64,000 nucleotides of DNA from contig CAVXLD010000013.1 of the NCBI GenBank assembly GCA_963762565.1, positions 96,001 to 160,000 of the forward strand. The letters are read 5' to 3'. Numbering within the stretch: the first letter of the stretch is position 1; each line of letters opens with the position of its first letter. This document shows, in pieces, positions 61,307 through 64,000 of this stretch. Under the pieces are notes generated by a model that was not told the DNA's origin, did not search any database, and saw only the letters and a list, made by a program, of their open reading frames with translations. Source of the DNA: an uncultured Verrucomicrobiae bacterium (GTDB lineage: Bacteria > Verrucomicrobiota > Verrucomicrobiia > Chthoniobacterales > JAFAMB01). The position numbers and the translations under genes are program-made.

Positions 61307-61366
61307 CTTACTTCTTCTGTGCGGATAGTTAGTTTGCTAAGTTTCTGCGGCCTGGAGGGCGCTATT

Positions 61367-61783
61367 TTACGGGTGGTGGATGAGGCCTTGTTGTAAAAAT
61401 ACCGCCCCCGCAATTAGAGCTAGAAAGAGGAGCAAACCTAACGTCGATTCGATAAGTCCGACTTTAATTCGATCGAAAGGTGAAAACTCCGGCCAATCGA
61501 TATTTATCTCTTCAGTCATTGCTTCAAACGCGTCATTAAGGTCAACTGGCTGTCCGGGCGTTGTATCTGGCTGCGCCATCCCTGTCGCGCTATAGCGAAG
61601 CGACGGCGGAGTATTTGGAACGGTCTTCTCCGTTAGATTCCTTGAAGCTTCAGAACCACAGATCAAATGCCTTCCATCCTGCTCCGGGTGCGCGCGATGA
61701 TCCGGCTTAGCCGAACGGCTGATCGAGGAGCGCATGTGCTCCCGCACTTGCACATAGTAAGATAACATTAGAACGGTTTCCAT
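61367..61783 (-). CDS. Hypothetical protein with a C-terminal TM helix
   Basis: METVLMLSYY... ORF with a paralogous remnant at 59847-60081. Confidence 0.6.
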   Translation of the reverse strand: METVLMLSYYVQVREHMRSSISRSAKPDHRAHPEQDGRHLICGSEASRNLTEKTVPNTPPSLRYSATGMAQPDTTPGQPVDLNDAFEAMTEEINIDWPEFSPFDRIKVGLIESTLGLLLFLALIAGAVFLQQGLIHHP

Positions 61784-61860
61784 TTTGTTAGTGTTATTTG
61801 TTCCGCCGTCACCGGCCCCTTTGCTGCACTCGCGCGCCAAAGGGCTAATTCCGGCTTGAG

Positions 61861-62271
61861 TTAAAATTTGAAAATCGCAGCCAGACAGAAAATGAGACCA
61901 AAAATCGCAGCCCCGGCGACAATTAGCGCTGCCACTAGCTCGAAACCGGTCCAGAGGTGACAGTTAGGTGTTGTTCTCCGGAATGACCCGGCTTCCTTTG
62001 TTGGGTCGCTCGCAGTGTCTACTCGGATCAGTTGCAGGCGACCGTCCGACGGTGTTGTTTCGTAGTAAGGAACAGAACGAGTAATCTCTTCGGCTTCAAT
62101 CGGGCCTACACCCCGTTCCACCCTGGAGCTCCTTTTTATATGATCTATCTCGATTTCCGCGACACCGTGGGCCGCTAACAACTCGCGCGCGTAATTCGCT
62201 GCGGAATCGGCTAGCAGATTGTCAAGCTTCTCTTCAGTCCACCTTAGCGCCCTGACAATGTTTGTTAACAT
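61861..62271 (-). CDS. Hypothetical protein with a C-terminal TM helix
   Basis: 136-aa ATG ORF with a hydrophobic C-terminus. Confidence 0.6.
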   Translation of the reverse strand: MLTNIVRALRWTEEKLDNLLADSAANYARELLAAHGVAEIEIDHIKRSSRVERGVGPIEAEEITRSVPYYETTPSDGRLQLIRVDTASDPTKEAGSFRRTTPNCHLWTGFELVAALIVAGAAIFGLIFCLAAIFKF

Positions 62272-62446
62272 AACGGTTAGTTTCAGTAGGTTGCGGGCAG
62301 CGCTTTTTCGCTATGGATACAGAGTGCCCCGTGATCTGTAGGGCTGCTAGATGCCATAAGAATCAATTTTGACTGTCCCGGACGAGAGAAGCATGGCCTT
62401 GTGATGGAGAGAGAAAGTTATCTGTCTTTCGAGGGAGAGTCCGTGT

Positions 62447-62671
62447 TCACCGATTGAAAGTATAAAAGAGCACGGCTCCAGTTAATGCGAGCGCAGCCAA
62501 TAGATAGAAGGCGATGAAAACACCGGCGATCAGTTCTGCGCCGCACCTAAGCGAGGACCACATCCCCAAAAGGCTTTTCGTCCAGGTCAAATTTGCTATG
62601 GACTCAGATTGTCTAGGGGCGATGGCGGGTGCTTCAGTAACACTGGGATACATGTTTACCGTTGAATGCAT
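62447..62671 (-). CDS. Small membrane peptide ending LFYTFNR (paralog B)
   Basis: SD gaggag upstream of ATG 62671. Homologous to 58163-58417. Confidence 0.7.
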   Translation of the reverse strand: MHSTVNMYPSVTEAPAIAPRQSESIANLTWTKSLLGMWSSLRCGAELIAGVFIAFYLLAALALTGAVLFYTFNR

Positions 62672-62939
62672 ATGATCGATCTCCTCTGATCTGCTAAACA
62701 GGTTAGTTTGGCTTGTTTTTACACAAGGAATGTGGACCGTAAGCTGCGGCGTCACTATCTTGCCTAAGATGGGAAATTCCCTGTGCCGAACGAGGGGAAA
62801 GTCATCTGAGAAGAGAGGTACGAGTGTGTAGTTCTATAGAACTAGTTCTGCGAGAAATCGCAGCCCTGGCTGGAGGAGAAACAGCGCCGTCTCGGAGAAG
62901 CAATGCTTCCTTCCCATTTCGGGCGAGAAGGAAATGCAA

Positions 62940-64000
62940 CTAAAACCAGCCGGGACGACAGGCGGATGCGGGCGCAATCACTTGAATCTCGGTTCCCTTG
63001 CCAGTTTGACTTAAAATCGTGAATTGACCGCCCAATGCTCTACAGCGTTCCTTCATACCGGGAATACCGAGGCCCGACGAGGTCGCGGTCACCGGCCCAG
63101 TGTCGCCGGCAGAATCGGCAACGCCAACGCCGTCATCTCGCAGTTGAAGGGTAAGGCCTTTGCGTTCAAAGAAGAGGTCAACTTCGAACCGGTGTGCATT
63201 AGCATGTTTAAGTGTGTTGGCCACCGCTTCCTGAGTGATCCTGACGAGCGCCTGTTCGCATTCCGAGCGCAAACGAAAGGGCCGGCCGTGAACCCGAACT
63301 TCCGTGGTTAAGGTTGTCGCAGATGTCGCTTTTTTAACGATGTTTTCGAGGGCGTACGCCAAAGAAGGCGACGCAGTTAAAATGCCGGCTCGCAATGCTC
63401 TCAGTGCGCCTCGCGCCTCCGTCAACGTTTCCCGGGCGAGCATGCGCATGCTCTCCAGAATCTGGATAGTTTTATCTCCCTGTCCTTTTCGTTCTGAGTT
63501 AATTGCCTTCTCAGTTTGCCATAATATTCCAACCAGGCCTTGCGCCAGGGTGTCATGCAGATCGCGCGCTAGACGCGCTCTTTCTTGCAAGATCTGGGCG
63601 AGACGCCAGCGATACAGGCCCCAGATCCCCAGGGCGATGAGGACCAGGCAAAGAGAATAGAACCACCAAGTCTGATAGTAATGGGGCTGGATTACAAATT
63701 CGGTTGTGGCAGCGAGGTTGTCCCGAGGCCAGATTCCATCCCGGCTGCATGCGATCACCCGGAAAAGGTAATCGCCGGGTGGCAGACTGGTATAATACGC
63801 CACACGCCGAGTACCGGCAGCGACCCAGGTAGCGTCGAAGCCATCGAGCCGGTATCGGTATTGCAGATTTTCGGGCGCCGACAAACTGAGGCCAGCATAA
63901 TGAATCTCGATGCTATGAATATCCGGGGAAAGCACTGTAGGAGGCTCACCCGGACGCAAGGGAATGTATTGGGTAAGGTTAGCTATTAACCTCTCGAGTA
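62940..64000 (-). CDS. Second Y_Y_Y/HisKA_3 sensor histidine kinase (5' part outside the window)
   Basis: YRYRLDGFD, YTSLPPGDY, ERARLARDLHDTLAQG, DDGVG, GLGIPGMKER. Confidence 0.93.
   Translation of the reverse strand, partial: LERLIANLTQYIPLRPGEPPTVLSPDIHSIEIHYAGLSLSAPENLQYRYRLDGFDATWVAAGTRRVAYYTSLPPGDYLFRVIACSRDGIWPRDNLAATTEFVIQPHYYQTWWFYSLCLVLIALGIWGLYRWRLAQILQERARLARDLHDTLAQGLVGILWQTEKAINSERKGQGDKTIQILESMRMLARETLTEARGALRALRAGILTASPSLAYALENIVKKATSATTLTTEVRVHGRPFRLRSECEQALVRITQEAVANTLKHANAHRFEVDLFFERKGLTLQLRDDGVGVADSAGDTGPVTATSSGLGIPGMKERCRALGGQFTILSQTGKGTEIQVIAPASACRPGWF

Overview
Bacterial chromosomal window, GC roughly 55-60% by eye. Gene families and intergenic repeat style suggest a soil Verrucomicrobiota (Chthoniobacterales-like) genome, which is an inference only. 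Housekeeping and metabolic genes: cystathionine beta-synthase plus cystathionine gamma-lyase/synthase, pcm, a GT2 glycosyltransferase, an L,D-transpeptidase, class II ribonucleotide reductase with an NrdR box, glgX, oligopeptidase B, an ECF sigma/anti-sigma/RDD operon, tRNA-Ser(GCT), a LysR-tautomerase-SDR-PLP enzyme cluster, an SsuABC/TauABC-type ABC transporter, a repeat-rich autotransporter, poxB and osmC. No CRISPR array, transposase, integrase or phage gene was seen. Intergenic DNA is packed with several families of palindromic REP/MITE-like repeats. One family is translated in frame inside glgX, and another (about 280 bp) shows compensatory base-pair covariation between its two copies. 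Several deletion-type gene remnants are present. The most unusual region is 52.4-64 kb: two beta-propeller/Y_Y_Y sensor kinases bracket paralogous small membrane peptides, a duplicated expression cassette that gives two unrelated proteins the same N-terminus, a condensation-domain acyltransferase, a cupin, a methyltransferase, and a small lipoprotein ending in YEWFY, a C-terminus shared with an unrelated YHS-domain protein 11 kb away. All product calls come from motif recognition, not database searches.
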